Position numbers and translations under genes: made by a program. This document shows positions 44,291 through 53,472 of a stretch of DNA of 64,000 bases, piece after piece. The notes below the pieces were generated by a model, which was given only the letters and a program-made list of their open reading frames with translations, had not been told where the DNA came from and searched no databases. Position 1 is the stretch's first letter. Each line of letters begins with the position of its first letter. Where the stretch lies: NCBI GenBank assembly GCA_002347685.1, contig DDWS01000046.1:151772-215771 (forward strand). Direction: 5' to 3'. The DNA comes from Syntrophaceae bacterium UBA2280 (GTDB lineage: Bacteria > Desulfobacterota > Syntrophia > Syntrophales > Smithellaceae).

Positions 44291-45202
44291 TTAAGAATAC
44301 AGAATTCGTCCCGCATCCCTGAAATTATAATTTCCGATTTTCCCGACACGGGTTTTAAAGGTATCGGATTGAAGCGTTTCAATGAAAGCCTGGACAGGCG
44401 GCTGAAAAAAAGTGTTTTTGTCCAGGATCATATCAAAGCGTTCCAAAACGAGGGGCTGAAAATCGAGATCCAGAATTTTTGCGACGGCGGCGGAGGCGAT
44501 GCCGACATCCGCTTCTCCGGAAACCAGCGACAGGCCGACTTCAAAGTGCGTATAGACCTCGTTTTCGTAACCGGTAATCCGCTGTGCCTCGATCCCTCTT
44601 CCGGCCAGTTCATGATCCAGAAGCACCCGAATGCCCGAACCCTTCTGGCGGTTGACCAGACGAAGTTTTTCATCCGCCAGACTTTCCCATCCCTTAAAAA
44701 CACAGGACGCGGATTTTACCGTCAGAAAACCGATCTGACGGTAAAAGAGATTCACAACCACCGGTGAGTGATCCGGACAGTACTGATTTAAATAAGGCGT
44801 GTTGTAGTCGCCGGATTCAGGATCATACAAATGCGAAAACGCGATGTCCGTCAGTCCCGAATTGAGTGACGTCAACCCTTCGACACTTCCGGTATTGGCT
44901 GTGAAAATATTAAAGGCGGGGTGGTCCTTTTTCATGGCCGTCAAAAGCATGTCCAGCACTGGATCGTTGCTGCCGGATGCCAGAAGCGCGCCTTCCATTT
45001 GATTGATTCTTTTTCTGGCCTGCTGAAGGCCGTCGTGGGCACTGGATTCTATCCATTCATCAATGAGCTTGACGGGAAAAATCCACTTGCCTGTGACCCG
45101 CGTACAGGGAATCTTCCCCGCCTTAATAAGCAGATAAACCTGTTTTTCATGAATATCCAAATAATTGGCCACTTCCTTTGTGTTCATCAGTTCTTCAGAC
45201 AT
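44291..45202 (-). CDS. TunR-like regulator: excisionase/MerR-type HTH fused to a PBP-like oxyanion-binding domain
   Basis: MNTKEVANYLDIHEKQVYLLIKAGKIPCTRVTGKWIFP is an excisionase-family HTH. The C-terminal 220 aa is PBP-like. The gene is first in the tup operon. Start set at ATG 45202, after GGAGG. Confidence 0.65.
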   Translation of the reverse strand: MSEELMNTKEVANYLDIHEKQVYLLIKAGKIPCTRVTGKWIFPVKLIDEWIESSAHDGLQQARKRINQMEGALLASGSNDPVLDMLLTAMKKDHPAFNIFTANTGSVEGLTSLNSGLTDIAFSHLYDPESGDYNTPYLNQYCPDHSPVVVNLFYRQIGFLTVKSASCVFKGWESLADEKLRLVNRQKGSGIRVLLDHELAGRGIEAQRITGYENEVYTHFEVGLSLVSGEADVGIASAAVAKILDLDFQPLVLERFDMILDKNTFFQPPVQAFIETLQSDTFKTRVGKIGNYNFRDAGRILYS

Positions 45203-45262
45203 GGCGCCTCCATAAAATTCACCTGCTGGATAAAACATTTTCTTCATTTTTTCAATCTAAAA

Positions 45263-45320
45263 ATTACCTATTTATACTATTTATTACTTATTATTACTAT
45301 TTATTACTTTTTATATTTAC
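45263..45320. repeat. Six helically phased about-10-bp direct repeats (consensus TATTTATTAC) in the tunR/porin divergent intergenic region
   Basis: ATTAC or a close variant recurs at 45263, 45273 (TATAC), 45283, 45293, 45303 and 45316 (TTTAC). Confidence 0.8.
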
Positions 45321-45413
45321 ATGCGGACTAATTTCTGTTAAATGGCGGCAAACGAATAACAGATAAGGACAACCTTATTTTCAGTTCAATACATTTTGAT
45401 TCAGGAGGAGACA

Positions 45414-46748
45414 ATGAAAAGAGTATTGGTATGTATGTTGGCGCTGGGGCTGGTGGGAGCATTCAGCACAGTATCCTTCGCGCAGCTAACCGTGAAAAAC
45501 AGCGGTGAGTTTTACGTCGCAGGCATGTACCTGGACCGGACATCTTTACAAAAAGATGTGGGTCCGTCTACCGCGTTTTATTTTCAGAGATTGAGAGTCC
45601 GGACTGATTTCACCGTAACGCCGGGCCTGACACTGACCACGCGCTTCGACGCGCTGGAGAGGTCATGGGGGGCGACCAGAAACAACTCTGCCACCACGAC
45701 GCTGGCGTCCGATTCCGCCGGAACACGAGCGGAAAATGAAAATATCGCGTTTGACTGGGCTTATGTCACGTATAAGTCGCCCATCGGCGTGTTCGACGCG
45801 GGATATATGAATGACGGTGCCACCGGCACCATTTTCGGGAACAGTTATGGGCCCAAGGGAAGAATCAAATATTCCAATACGTTCGGTCCCGTGAAGATCG
45901 ACCTCGCCTACACGAAGGAAAGAGAAGCCAGCCGCACGGCGATCAACACGGTTAACACAGCGGATGCGGACAATGATAAATACGGTATCGGGGCGATATA
46001 CAGCTGGAAGGACGGAAGGGCCGGTATACAGGCGAATTACTACAACTTTGCTAATAACCGCCCGGCGGACAATTACCGCAGGAAGTATTTTCTCTTCACG
46101 CCTTATGCGATCGCCAAGTTCGGCCCCGTAGCGCTGCAGGCGGAACTCAATTACCTGACCGGTAAGCAGGAGTACGAGGCGCCTTCCATCACGGCCGACA
46201 GAGACCTTCAAAACATCACCGGCTGGGTGGACGCAACGGCAAGCTTCGGGCTGTTTTACGCGGGCGGCAGCATCGCGTATGTCTCCGGCGACAATCCCGG
46301 CAGCGACAAGATTGAAGGCGGCATCATCAACGGCGGCCGCGACTGGAATCCCTGTCTGATCATGTGGAACTACGACCGGACGAACTGGGCGGGAAATTTA
46401 AGAGGCTACAACAATGCCGCTCAGGATACGGCCATGTCCAACGCCTGGTTTTTCCAGGGAAGAGCCGGTGTGAAGCCGGTTGCGAATCTGGACGTGATGG
46501 CATCTGTGTCTTATGCCATGGCGGACAAGAAACCGTGGGCCACGGCGGGTGATCCCACCTCCGTCTATGTCGGTGATGTCTATGGATGGGAAGTGGACGT
46601 AACCGCAACATACAAGATCACGCAAAACCTGTATTACATGCTGGGCGTGGGTTACCTGTTTACCGGTGATTACTACAAGGGTGCATCCGATGTCAACCAG
46701 CTGACAAATGATTACCTGGTGGTCAACAAGCTGACGCTCACATTCTAG
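45414..46748 (+). CDS. Outer-membrane beta-barrel porin
   Basis: Signal peptide MKRVLVCMLALGLVGAFSTVSFA, alternating hydrophobic/aromatic beta-strand pattern and a C-terminal ...LTLTF ending in Phe. Confidence 0.65.
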   Translation: MKRVLVCMLALGLVGAFSTVSFAQLTVKNSGEFYVAGMYLDRTSLQKDVGPSTAFYFQRLRVRTDFTVTPGLTLTTRFDALERSWGATRNNSATTTLASDSAGTRAENENIAFDWAYVTYKSPIGVFDAGYMNDGATGTIFGNSYGPKGRIKYSNTFGPVKIDLAYTKEREASRTAINTVNTADADNDKYGIGAIYSWKDGRAGIQANYYNFANNRPADNYRRKYFLFTPYAIAKFGPVALQAELNYLTGKQEYEAPSITADRDLQNITGWVDATASFGLFYAGGSIAYVSGDNPGSDKIEGGIINGGRDWNPCLIMWNYDRTNWAGNLRGYNNAAQDTAMSNAWFFQGRAGVKPVANLDVMASVSYAMADKKPWATAGDPTSVYVGDVYGWEVDVTATYKITQNLYYMLGVGYLFTGDYYKGASDVNQLTNDYLVVNKLTLTF

Positions 46749-46771
46749 AAAACACGAGAATCAAACCATAC

Positions 46772-46798
46772 ATCCCCGCGGGTTCTGCCCGCGGGGAT
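46772..46798 (+). terminator. 11-bp perfect GC-rich hairpin after the porin gene (no U-tract)
   Basis: ATCCCCGCGGG-ttctg-CCCGCGGGGAT, 24 nt after the stop codon. Confidence 0.45.
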
Positions 46799-47082
46799 CC
46801 TGCCTACAATGTATCCAGTCGCACCAACCAAATGGATACATAATGCCCATCTTTCCCTGGTTGCTCGCCTTCACCAAGCGCCACACTACATATCTTTATA
46901 AATAAAATCAGGATATTAAACATTTTCAAGAAAACTGGCATAATCATTGATAGGCATGCACTCAGATAGCGCAAACCCTATCACAAAGTATCCAATTGTA
47001 ATGGTGAATCATGTTTGTGTTTGAGGAGCTTTAAACTTGTGATAAAAAGACAAATAAACCATCAGCAGGATATTGAAGCGAA

Positions 47083-48360
47083 ATGAATACAAAAAAAGGG
47101 ATTCTTCTATTATTGATTTTACTGGCTTCCCATACTCTCTGGGCGGCTGAACCCATATCGAAAGGCGACATTCTGACGCTGGACAGATCCCTGCAAATCG
47201 CCCTGAAAGATCACCCCGCGATCCATGCGGCCCAATCCGGCATCCTTCAGGCGGAAAGCAGAATCGGTCAGGCCAGATCCGGCTACTATCCTCAGGTCAA
47301 TCTTCAATCCGGCTATTCGCGGGTTGGACCGGCGCCCACAGCGCTCAGAAGCGATCCCTACAACTATTATTCCAATGCGCTGCACCTGAACCAGACACTT
47401 TTCGATTTCGGCAAAACCTGGACACAGGTGGACATTTCCACCCTCAACAGGGAATCCGCCCGGGCGGATTTTCAAGACGTCTTAGCCTCTGTGGTTTTCG
47501 GCGTGAAGGAAGCCTATTACGCCGTTGTCAAAGCTCGAATGAGCGAGAAGGTTGCCGCCGAAACAGTGATCCAGTTCCAGCAGCACTACGAAATTGCGAA
47601 ACTTTTTTTTGAAACGGGGAAAAGTTCGAAAATCGATGTGACAAGCGCCGAGGTGAATGTAAGCAACGCGCGCATTTCGCTGCTTTCCGCGCAAAACGGG
47701 CTGCGTATTGCCCGGGTTACACTCAACCGGGCGATGGGAATCTCGCAGGCCCCCGAATATAACATTCAGGAAGAATTCCAGATGGAGACGGAAGGGATAT
47801 CTTTTCAAGACGCGCTTTTACTGGCTTATGAAAACAGGCCTGAGCTGATTTCCACCGCCCGGAAAAATGAAGCCCTTGAAAAGGGCGTTCTTTTGAATAA
47901 AAAAGGATACCTGCCGGTGCTCGCCGGCAGCGCGTCTTATGGGTATGCGGGCGACGACACCGCGATGGACAGGGCCTGGAATGTCGGTCTGACGTTAACT
48001 TTTCCCCTCCTCTCCGGCCTTTCCACCAAATACGCCGTTGAAGAAGCCCAAGCCGGCCTGGACATCGCCCGAGCCAATGAGGACGCACTCAGACAAATCA
48101 TCCATCTGGAAGTAGAGTCTGCGTACCTCAACCGCAAAGAGGCCTTCGAGCGCATTGAAGCGGGAAGAATCATGATCCGCCAGGCAGAGGAAACCCTTGA
48201 ACTCGCGCAAGGACGCTACAGGACCGGCGTGGGCAGTTCCATTGAGATCACGGATGCGATGATCAAACTCAATAACGCCAAAATGACCTATATCAGTGCA
48301 ATGTCCGACTTCTCGGTCGCACAGGCCTTTCTGGAAAAAGCCATTGGAGCGAAACAATGA
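47083..48360 (+). CDS. TolC-family outer membrane efflux protein
   Basis: 425 aa. Signal peptide and two OEP-type repeats with long coiled-coil segments. Overlaps the next gene by 4 nt. Confidence 0.85.
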   Translation: MNTKKGILLLLILLASHTLWAAEPISKGDILTLDRSLQIALKDHPAIHAAQSGILQAESRIGQARSGYYPQVNLQSGYSRVGPAPTALRSDPYNYYSNALHLNQTLFDFGKTWTQVDISTLNRESARADFQDVLASVVFGVKEAYYAVVKARMSEKVAAETVIQFQQHYEIAKLFFETGKSSKIDVTSAEVNVSNARISLLSAQNGLRIARVTLNRAMGISQAPEYNIQEEFQMETEGISFQDALLLAYENRPELISTARKNEALEKGVLLNKKGYLPVLAGSASYGYAGDDTAMDRAWNVGLTLTFPLLSGLSTKYAVEEAQAGLDIARANEDALRQIIHLEVESAYLNRKEAFERIEAGRIMIRQAEETLELAQGRYRTGVGSSIEITDAMIKLNNAKMTYISAMSDFSVAQAFLEKAIGAKQ

Positions 48361-49529
48361 AAAAAATAATTCTCGCTTTCGTGATCTTGCTCATCATCGC
48401 CATTGGTCTTACAGTTTTTTTAAAAAAAGGTGATCCGGCACCTCAATACCTTACCCAAAAGGTCGACCGCGGCGACATCCGTGCAACTGTTTCCGCCACG
48501 GGCACCGTCAACGCGGTGACAACCGTTTTAGTCGGCACACAGGTTTCCGGGACCATCCAGGCACTTTTCGCAGATTTCAATTCACAGGTGAAACAAGGGC
48601 AACTGCTGGCACAGATCGATCCGTCCACCTTTGAAGCCCAGGTGCAGCAATCGCAGGCCAACTTGTCTTTGGCTCAGGCCAATCTGGAAAAAGCAAACGT
48701 GGCCCTGCGCGACACGGTCAACGTTTTCGAAAGAAACAAGATCCTCTTTGAAAGAAATTTCATCTCCCGGCATGATCTGGATGTTTCCGAAACCGGCTAT
48801 CTTTCCGCGCTGGCCCAGATCAAAGGTTCCTTAGCCCAGGTACAACAGGCGCGCGCCTCGCTGCAGATCGCACAGACCAATCTGCGCTATACCCGGATTG
48901 TCTCGCCGGTCACCGGAACGGTGATTTCCCGCAGTGTGGACGTGGGACAGACAGTGGCTGCCAGCTTCCAGACGCCGACGCTTTTTACCATTGCCCAGGA
49001 CCTGACCAAAATGCAGATCAACACCAGCGTTGATGAAGCGGATATCGGCAGAATCCGCAACGATCAACCCGTAACCTTCACGGTAGACGCCTATCCGGAA
49101 ATGACATTTCAAGGCAGCGTATCGGAAATCCGCAACGCGCCGACCACCCTGCAAAACGTGGTAACCTATGATGTGATTGTGAACGTGGCCAATCCCGATC
49201 TCAAACTCAAACCCGGCATGACGGCCAATGTCTCCATCATTGTCGCCGACAAGAAGAACATCCTTCGCGTTCCCAACGCCGCACTTCGTTTGCGGATAAC
49301 CGACACCGCGCTGACCGCCGATGCACCCAGGGGACCCGGAGTCTGGGTGCTGGATCATCAAACACCCAAGCGTGTCGTTCTATCGCTCGGCATCAGTGAC
49401 AACCGTTTCACGGAAGTCCTCGCGGGTGACATCGCTGAAGCCGATGGAATCATCATCGAAGTTAAATCCAACCAGACAACCGCCGCCGGGCAACAGCCCA
49501 GGCCCCCCGGACCGGGTTTTTTAAGATAA
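48357..49529 (+). CDS. Efflux periplasmic adaptor (HlyD/MacA membrane fusion protein)
   Basis: 390 aa. N-terminal TM, a lipoyl-like motif (VGTQVSGTI...QGQLLAQID), a coiled-coil hairpin and a beta-barrel domain. Confidence 0.85.
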   Translation: MKKIILAFVILLIIAIGLTVFLKKGDPAPQYLTQKVDRGDIRATVSATGTVNAVTTVLVGTQVSGTIQALFADFNSQVKQGQLLAQIDPSTFEAQVQQSQANLSLAQANLEKANVALRDTVNVFERNKILFERNFISRHDLDVSETGYLSALAQIKGSLAQVQQARASLQIAQTNLRYTRIVSPVTGTVISRSVDVGQTVAASFQTPTLFTIAQDLTKMQINTSVDEADIGRIRNDQPVTFTVDAYPEMTFQGSVSEIRNAPTTLQNVVTYDVIVNVANPDLKLKPGMTANVSIIVADKKNILRVPNAALRLRITDTALTADAPRGPGVWVLDHQTPKRVVLSLGISDNRFTEVLAGDIAEADGIIIEVKSNQTTAAGQQPRPPGPGFLR

Positions 49530-50224
49530 TGACGCTGATAAAAACAAACCAGCTTGAAAAAAAATACGACGTCGGCGATACCATTGTCCACGCACTCGAC
49601 CGTGTATCCGTAAGGATTGACGCCGGAGAATTCGTCGCAGTGATGGGTCCCTCCGGCTCCGGAAAATCTACATTCATGAACGTCATCGGCTGCCTGGATA
49701 AATCGACCGCCGGACTGTACCTGCTCGATGGGATTGATGTGAGCCGGATGGAACGCGATGAGCTCGCGCGTATCCGCAATGAAAAAATCGGATTCGTTTT
49801 TCAGGGATTCAATCTCCTTTCCAGAACATCAGCGCTGGAAAACGTGGAAGTTCCCCTGCTTTACCAAAGAAACGGAGTCTCACCGAAAGAAAGAAAAGAC
49901 AGGGCACGGCAGGTGCTTGCCATGCTGGGTCTGGAAGATCGCCAGCATCACCATCCCAACCAGCTTTCCGGCGGGCAGCAGCAGCGTGTTGCCATCGCCC
50001 GCGCGCTGGTCAACAACCCGCCTCTACTTCTGGCTGACGAACCCACCGGCAATCTGGACACGAAAACCAGCATTGAAATCATGGAATTGTTCGTCCGGCT
50101 CAACGAGGAAAAACACATTACGATTGTCCTGGTCACCCACGAACCGGACATCTCCGCCTACAGCAGGAGGATGATCCGCTTTCTGGACGGACAGGTCGTC
50201 AATGACGAGGTAAACCGGCCATGA
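49529..50224 (+). CDS. MacB/LolD-type ABC ATP-binding protein
   Basis: Walker [10 protein letters not shown], signature [15 protein letters not shown] and Walker [12 protein letters not shown]. Confidence 0.9.
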   Translation: MTLIKTNQLEKKYDVGDTIVHALDRVSVRIDAGEFVAVMGPSGSGKSTFMNVIGCLDKSTAGLYLLDGIDVSRMERDELARIRNEKIGFVFQGFNLLSRTSALENVEVPLLYQRNGVSPKERKDRARQVLAMLGLEDRQHHHPNQLSGGQQQRVAIARALVNNPPLLLADEPTGNLDTKTSIEIMELFVRLNEEKHITIVLVTHEPDISAYSRRMIRFLDGQVVNDEVNRP

Positions 50225-51447
50225 TTCATCTGCCCTCCATCATTAAAATTGCACTTCGGGCGCTGCGCGTCAACAAAATGCGCTCCGCTCTGACCATGCT
50301 GGGCATCATTATCGGCGTCGCGGCCGTGATTACGATGCTGGCGGTGGGAAAAGGAGCAAGCGACAAAATATCGGACCAGATCGCGACCGTGGGCAGCAAT
50401 CTGATCATCGTCGTTCCCGGCTCAACCACCGCGGGCGGCGTCCGCATGGGATCCGGGTCGTTTCAAAGCCTGACTCGCGGGGATGCCGATGCCATCTCTT
50501 CGGAGTCTTCGGTAATGCTTGCCGCGCCCGTCATCAGCGGCGCATCTCAAGTTGTTTACGGCAACGCCAACTGGGCCACCTCCGTTGTCGGCACGACTCA
50601 TGATATGCTGGGTGTGCGGGACTGGACGCTTGCCTCCGGCCGGAATTTCTATGAACAGGAAATCCGCAGTGCCGCTAAAGTCTGTCTTCTGGGCCAGACC
50701 GTCGCGGACAATCTTTTCGGCAATGCCAACCCTCTGGATCAAACCATCCGCATCCGCAAGGTACCCTTTACGGTGGTCGGCGTTTTGGGATCCAAGGGCC
50801 AGTCCATGATGGGACAGGACCAGGACGATATTATTTATGTGCCGGTGACCGCCGCGGAGCGAAACCTTTTCGGACGCCGCATCCCCGGCAGCGTCCATTA
50901 CATTATGGTCAAAGCGGTCAACACGGAAGAACTCTCCCGCGCTGAAGAACAGATCCGGCAGCTTCTGCGCCAGCGTCATCGCATCGGCCCGGATCAGGAC
51001 GACGATTTTACCGTTCGCAATCTCACGCAAATGCTGCAGCTGACCGAACAAGCCTCCCGTGTCATGTCGCTTCTGCTGGCCGCTATCGCCGGCGTGTCAC
51101 TTCTGGTGGGCGGCATCGGGATTATGAACATCATGCTGGTCTCGGTCACGGAACGGACTCGCGAAATCGGTATCCGCATGGCCGTCGGAGCCAAAACCTG
51201 GGATATCCGGACGCAGTTCATCATTGAAGCACTCATTCTTTCAATGATCGGCGGCCTGATCGGGATCTTACTGGGTGTCGGGTTTGCTGAAATTCTTTCT
51301 CACTTTACCGGCTGGACCATCCTGATTTCGCCTTTCTCCATAGCCATGTCATTCGGATTCTCAGCCCTGATCGGTATTTTTTTCGGATTCTACCCTGCTT
51401 ATAAGGCCTCCTTACTGGATCCGATTGATGCCCTGCGGCATGAATAG
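50221..51447 (+). CDS. MacB-type ABC permease (MacB periplasmic domain plus FtsX domain)
   Basis: 408 aa. TM1, a periplasmic domain of about 220 aa, and a C-terminal 3-TM FtsX-like region (VSVTERTREIGIRMAVGA). Confidence 0.85.
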   Translation: MIHLPSIIKIALRALRVNKMRSALTMLGIIIGVAAVITMLAVGKGASDKISDQIATVGSNLIIVVPGSTTAGGVRMGSGSFQSLTRGDADAISSESSVMLAAPVISGASQVVYGNANWATSVVGTTHDMLGVRDWTLASGRNFYEQEIRSAAKVCLLGQTVADNLFGNANPLDQTIRIRKVPFTVVGVLGSKGQSMMGQDQDDIIYVPVTAAERNLFGRRIPGSVHYIMVKAVNTEELSRAEEQIRQLLRQRHRIGPDQDDDFTVRNLTQMLQLTEQASRVMSLLLAAIAGVSLLVGGIGIMNIMLVSVTERTREIGIRMAVGAKTWDIRTQFIIEALILSMIGGLIGILLGVGFAEILSHFTGWTILISPFSIAMSFGFSALIGIFFGFYPAYKASLLDPIDALRHE

Positions 51448-51605
51448 GCAGGCAACGCTTCCCCTACAAATTTGATTGACCTATCCATGCATTTACGGTA
51501 AAAAGCCGCGAAGTAATTCGGAACAAAGGTATGAACGCCTGTAGATTTTTAAGGCAAAGAATATCAGAATCAAAAATTATAACAAGGGAGGCAGCAGACA
51601 AAATC

Positions 51606-51821
51606 ATGAGTATGGACATCACAGCCCCTATGCCGGGGAAAATCGCGAGCATTCCAATGAGTGTCGGAAGCAAGGTTACCGAAGATGACGAGGTCATCAT
51701 CATGGACGCCATGAAGATGGAAATCCCGGTTTATGCAACGGGTTCGGGAACCCTCAAAGAGTTCAAGGTTAAAGTGGGCGATTCCGTTACTGAAGGCCAG
51801 GTACTGGCAATTATTGAATAA
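51606..51821 (+). CDS. Stand-alone biotin/lipoyl attachment domain protein (biotin carboxyl carrier-like)
   Basis: 71 aa from ATG 51606, with GGGAGG upstream. Contains the biotinyl-lysine motif EAMKME-type (MDAMKMEIPV). The track's longer upstream extension is unlikely to be real. Confidence 0.7.
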   Translation: MSMDITAPMPGKIASIPMSVGSKVTEDDEVIIMDAMKMEIPVYATGSGTLKEFKVKVGDSVTEGQVLAIIE

Positions 51822-51850
51822 CGTTTAACTGAAGCGATTCATTGAGAAAA

Positions 51851-51896
51851 CCCCGTCGGCGTATAGAATCTTTGAAAAGCCGACGGGAGTTTTTTC
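51851..51896 (+). terminator. Rho-independent terminator
   Basis: CCCGTCGGC...GCCGACGGG stem followed by TTTTTT. Confidence 0.8.
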
Positions 51897-51905
51897 GATA
51901 TACCT

Positions 51906-53324
51906 TTAATTTTTTCCCGCGCTGTACGTGTCAAACTGCTGCATCATGAACCGATATTTCCGGATGGCTTCATTGCGGCGGCTGACTGCTCTATTGTATA
52001 CTTCCACGTAATGCCGCTGATAACGCCTTTCGAGATATTCTTTTTCGGCCGACGTTAAAGTTCCATCATTGACAGATTTGTGCGGAAACATACTTCGGAA
52101 AAGACTTTCGCGATGATCTTCCAGATCGGCACGGGCTTCACGTTCCGGATCGATTGTGTCGGGATTGCCGCCGATTTGCTCGATGACCCACTTTTCGAAC
52201 CGGCCGCGGTCCAGAGATCCGTCGGGGCGCGACACCTGCATTCCGGTTCGCCACTCTACAAAGGAAACCTTTCCGCTCGAATCGGCATAACAGTAAACGG
52301 GTTTTTCCTCCGGCGCAGAAAAATCGCCGGACGCGGATGAATCCCCGGACGGCCCCGCACCCGTGTGCAGACTGTTGACCCTGCCCGCTGCAACACAGAA
52401 ATTCAGATTCTGTCCCTGCCTGAACTGAAAGGTTGCAACGCCGATGACTTCTCCCATCATATTCAGTAGCGGGCCGCCACTGTTACCCGGCGATACGGGC
52501 GCAGTCACCTGGATAAAATGCACGGATGCCTGATTCACGCGGATCGCCGATACGATACCGTCCGACACAGTCTGTTCGAGCCCCAGGGGATTTCCGATGA
52601 CAATCACTTTTTCACCTACTTCAGGCAGCCGCGTATTGAGACTGACCGGAATCGATTCGCGGGGGGGTGCGCCCGTGGACGCGATCACCAGATCAGCCTG
52701 ATGATCCTCTGAAATGATTTCTAGAATATTGTAAACATGCCCCGTGCTGGTCTTGATCGACGCCTGACCGGCGCCGGGAAGCACATGTTTGTTCGTTACG
52801 ATATGTCCCCTGGTATTGATGAAAAAACCGGTTCCCACACCTGTCGGCGTTCGGACCAGAACAACGCTGTCACGCGTCTGACGAATAATATCGGCAATCG
52901 ACAGCTCTCTTTTGCTTTCAATCGGCTGGAGCGGCCTGACTTCCCGGACACGCATGACCTGATCCGAAACAGACAGGCCTTTTTGATCCGGGAAAGAAAC
53001 ATCCCGGGCCTCGGCAACGGCAGGTTGCGTTTCTTTTGATGGCGACGCTTTTTTCACGAAAGGAATAATGAAAGAGTGAACCGCAACGATCGAGACAACC
53101 AACACGACGGCGACGATCAAGAGTCGTTCAATGGTTAATCGGTCTTTGAATCCCCCGCCGCCTGTATTCTGCGGAGACATGCCGGCCGAATCGGGTTTCG
53201 GAACCGGTCGAACTTCCGCAGACGTCCATTTGGAATAGACAATTCCGCATTTGGGGCATTGAGACGCATCAATAATCTCGTCGATTTCTTTTCTTTCATA
53301 ACCGCAGGAAGGACATTTTGTCAT
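51906..53324 (-). CDS. Membrane-anchored trypsin-like serine protease (S1C/HtrA-like catalytic domain) with N-terminal zinc ribbon and uncharacterised C-terminal domain
   Basis: CPSCG...CPKCG zinc ribbon, one TM (LLIVAVVLVVSIVAV) and catalytic-triad contexts (TNKHVL, ADLVI, GNSGGPL). The last 130 aa or so have no motif I recognise. Confidence 0.75.
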   Translation of the reverse strand: MTKCPSCGYERKEIDEIIDASQCPKCGIVYSKWTSAEVRPVPKPDSAGMSPQNTGGGGFKDRLTIERLLIVAVVLVVSIVAVHSFIIPFVKKASPSKETQPAVAEARDVSFPDQKGLSVSDQVMRVREVRPLQPIESKRELSIADIIRQTRDSVVLVRTPTGVGTGFFINTRGHIVTNKHVLPGAGQASIKTSTGHVYNILEIISEDHQADLVIASTGAPPRESIPVSLNTRLPEVGEKVIVIGNPLGLEQTVSDGIVSAIRVNQASVHFIQVTAPVSPGNSGGPLLNMMGEVIGVATFQFRQGQNLNFCVAAGRVNSLHTGAGPSGDSSASGDFSAPEEKPVYCYADSSGKVSFVEWRTGMQVSRPDGSLDRGRFEKWVIEQIGGNPDTIDPEREARADLEDHRESLFRSMFPHKSVNDGTLTSAEKEYLERRYQRHYVEVYNRAVSRRNEAIRKYRFMMQQFDTYSAGKN

Positions 53325-53409
53325 GCAGCCTCTCCCATGAAATAAATCGTTTATAGTATTGTAGATGTGTATCGGTTTTTTTATCGTAAAGCATTAATGA
53401 CCGGTTGTC

Positions 53410-53457
53410 AAAAAAAGGATCTGCCATCAGGAAAACAATTACGGCAGATCCTTTTTT
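53410..53457 (-). terminator. Bidirectional rho-independent terminator after abfD
   Basis: AAAAAAA-GGATCTGCC...GGCAGATCC-TTTTTT: a 9-bp stem flanked by an A-run and a T-run. Confidence 0.8.
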
Positions 53458-53472
53458 GCAAATCTTGAATGC

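Noticed and set aside
46936-46950. Sigma-54 promoter TGGCATAATCATTGA upstream of the TolC-like gene
   Set aside because: The -24 GG and the spacing fit, but the essential -12 GC is GA. No enhancer-binding protein gene lies nearby.
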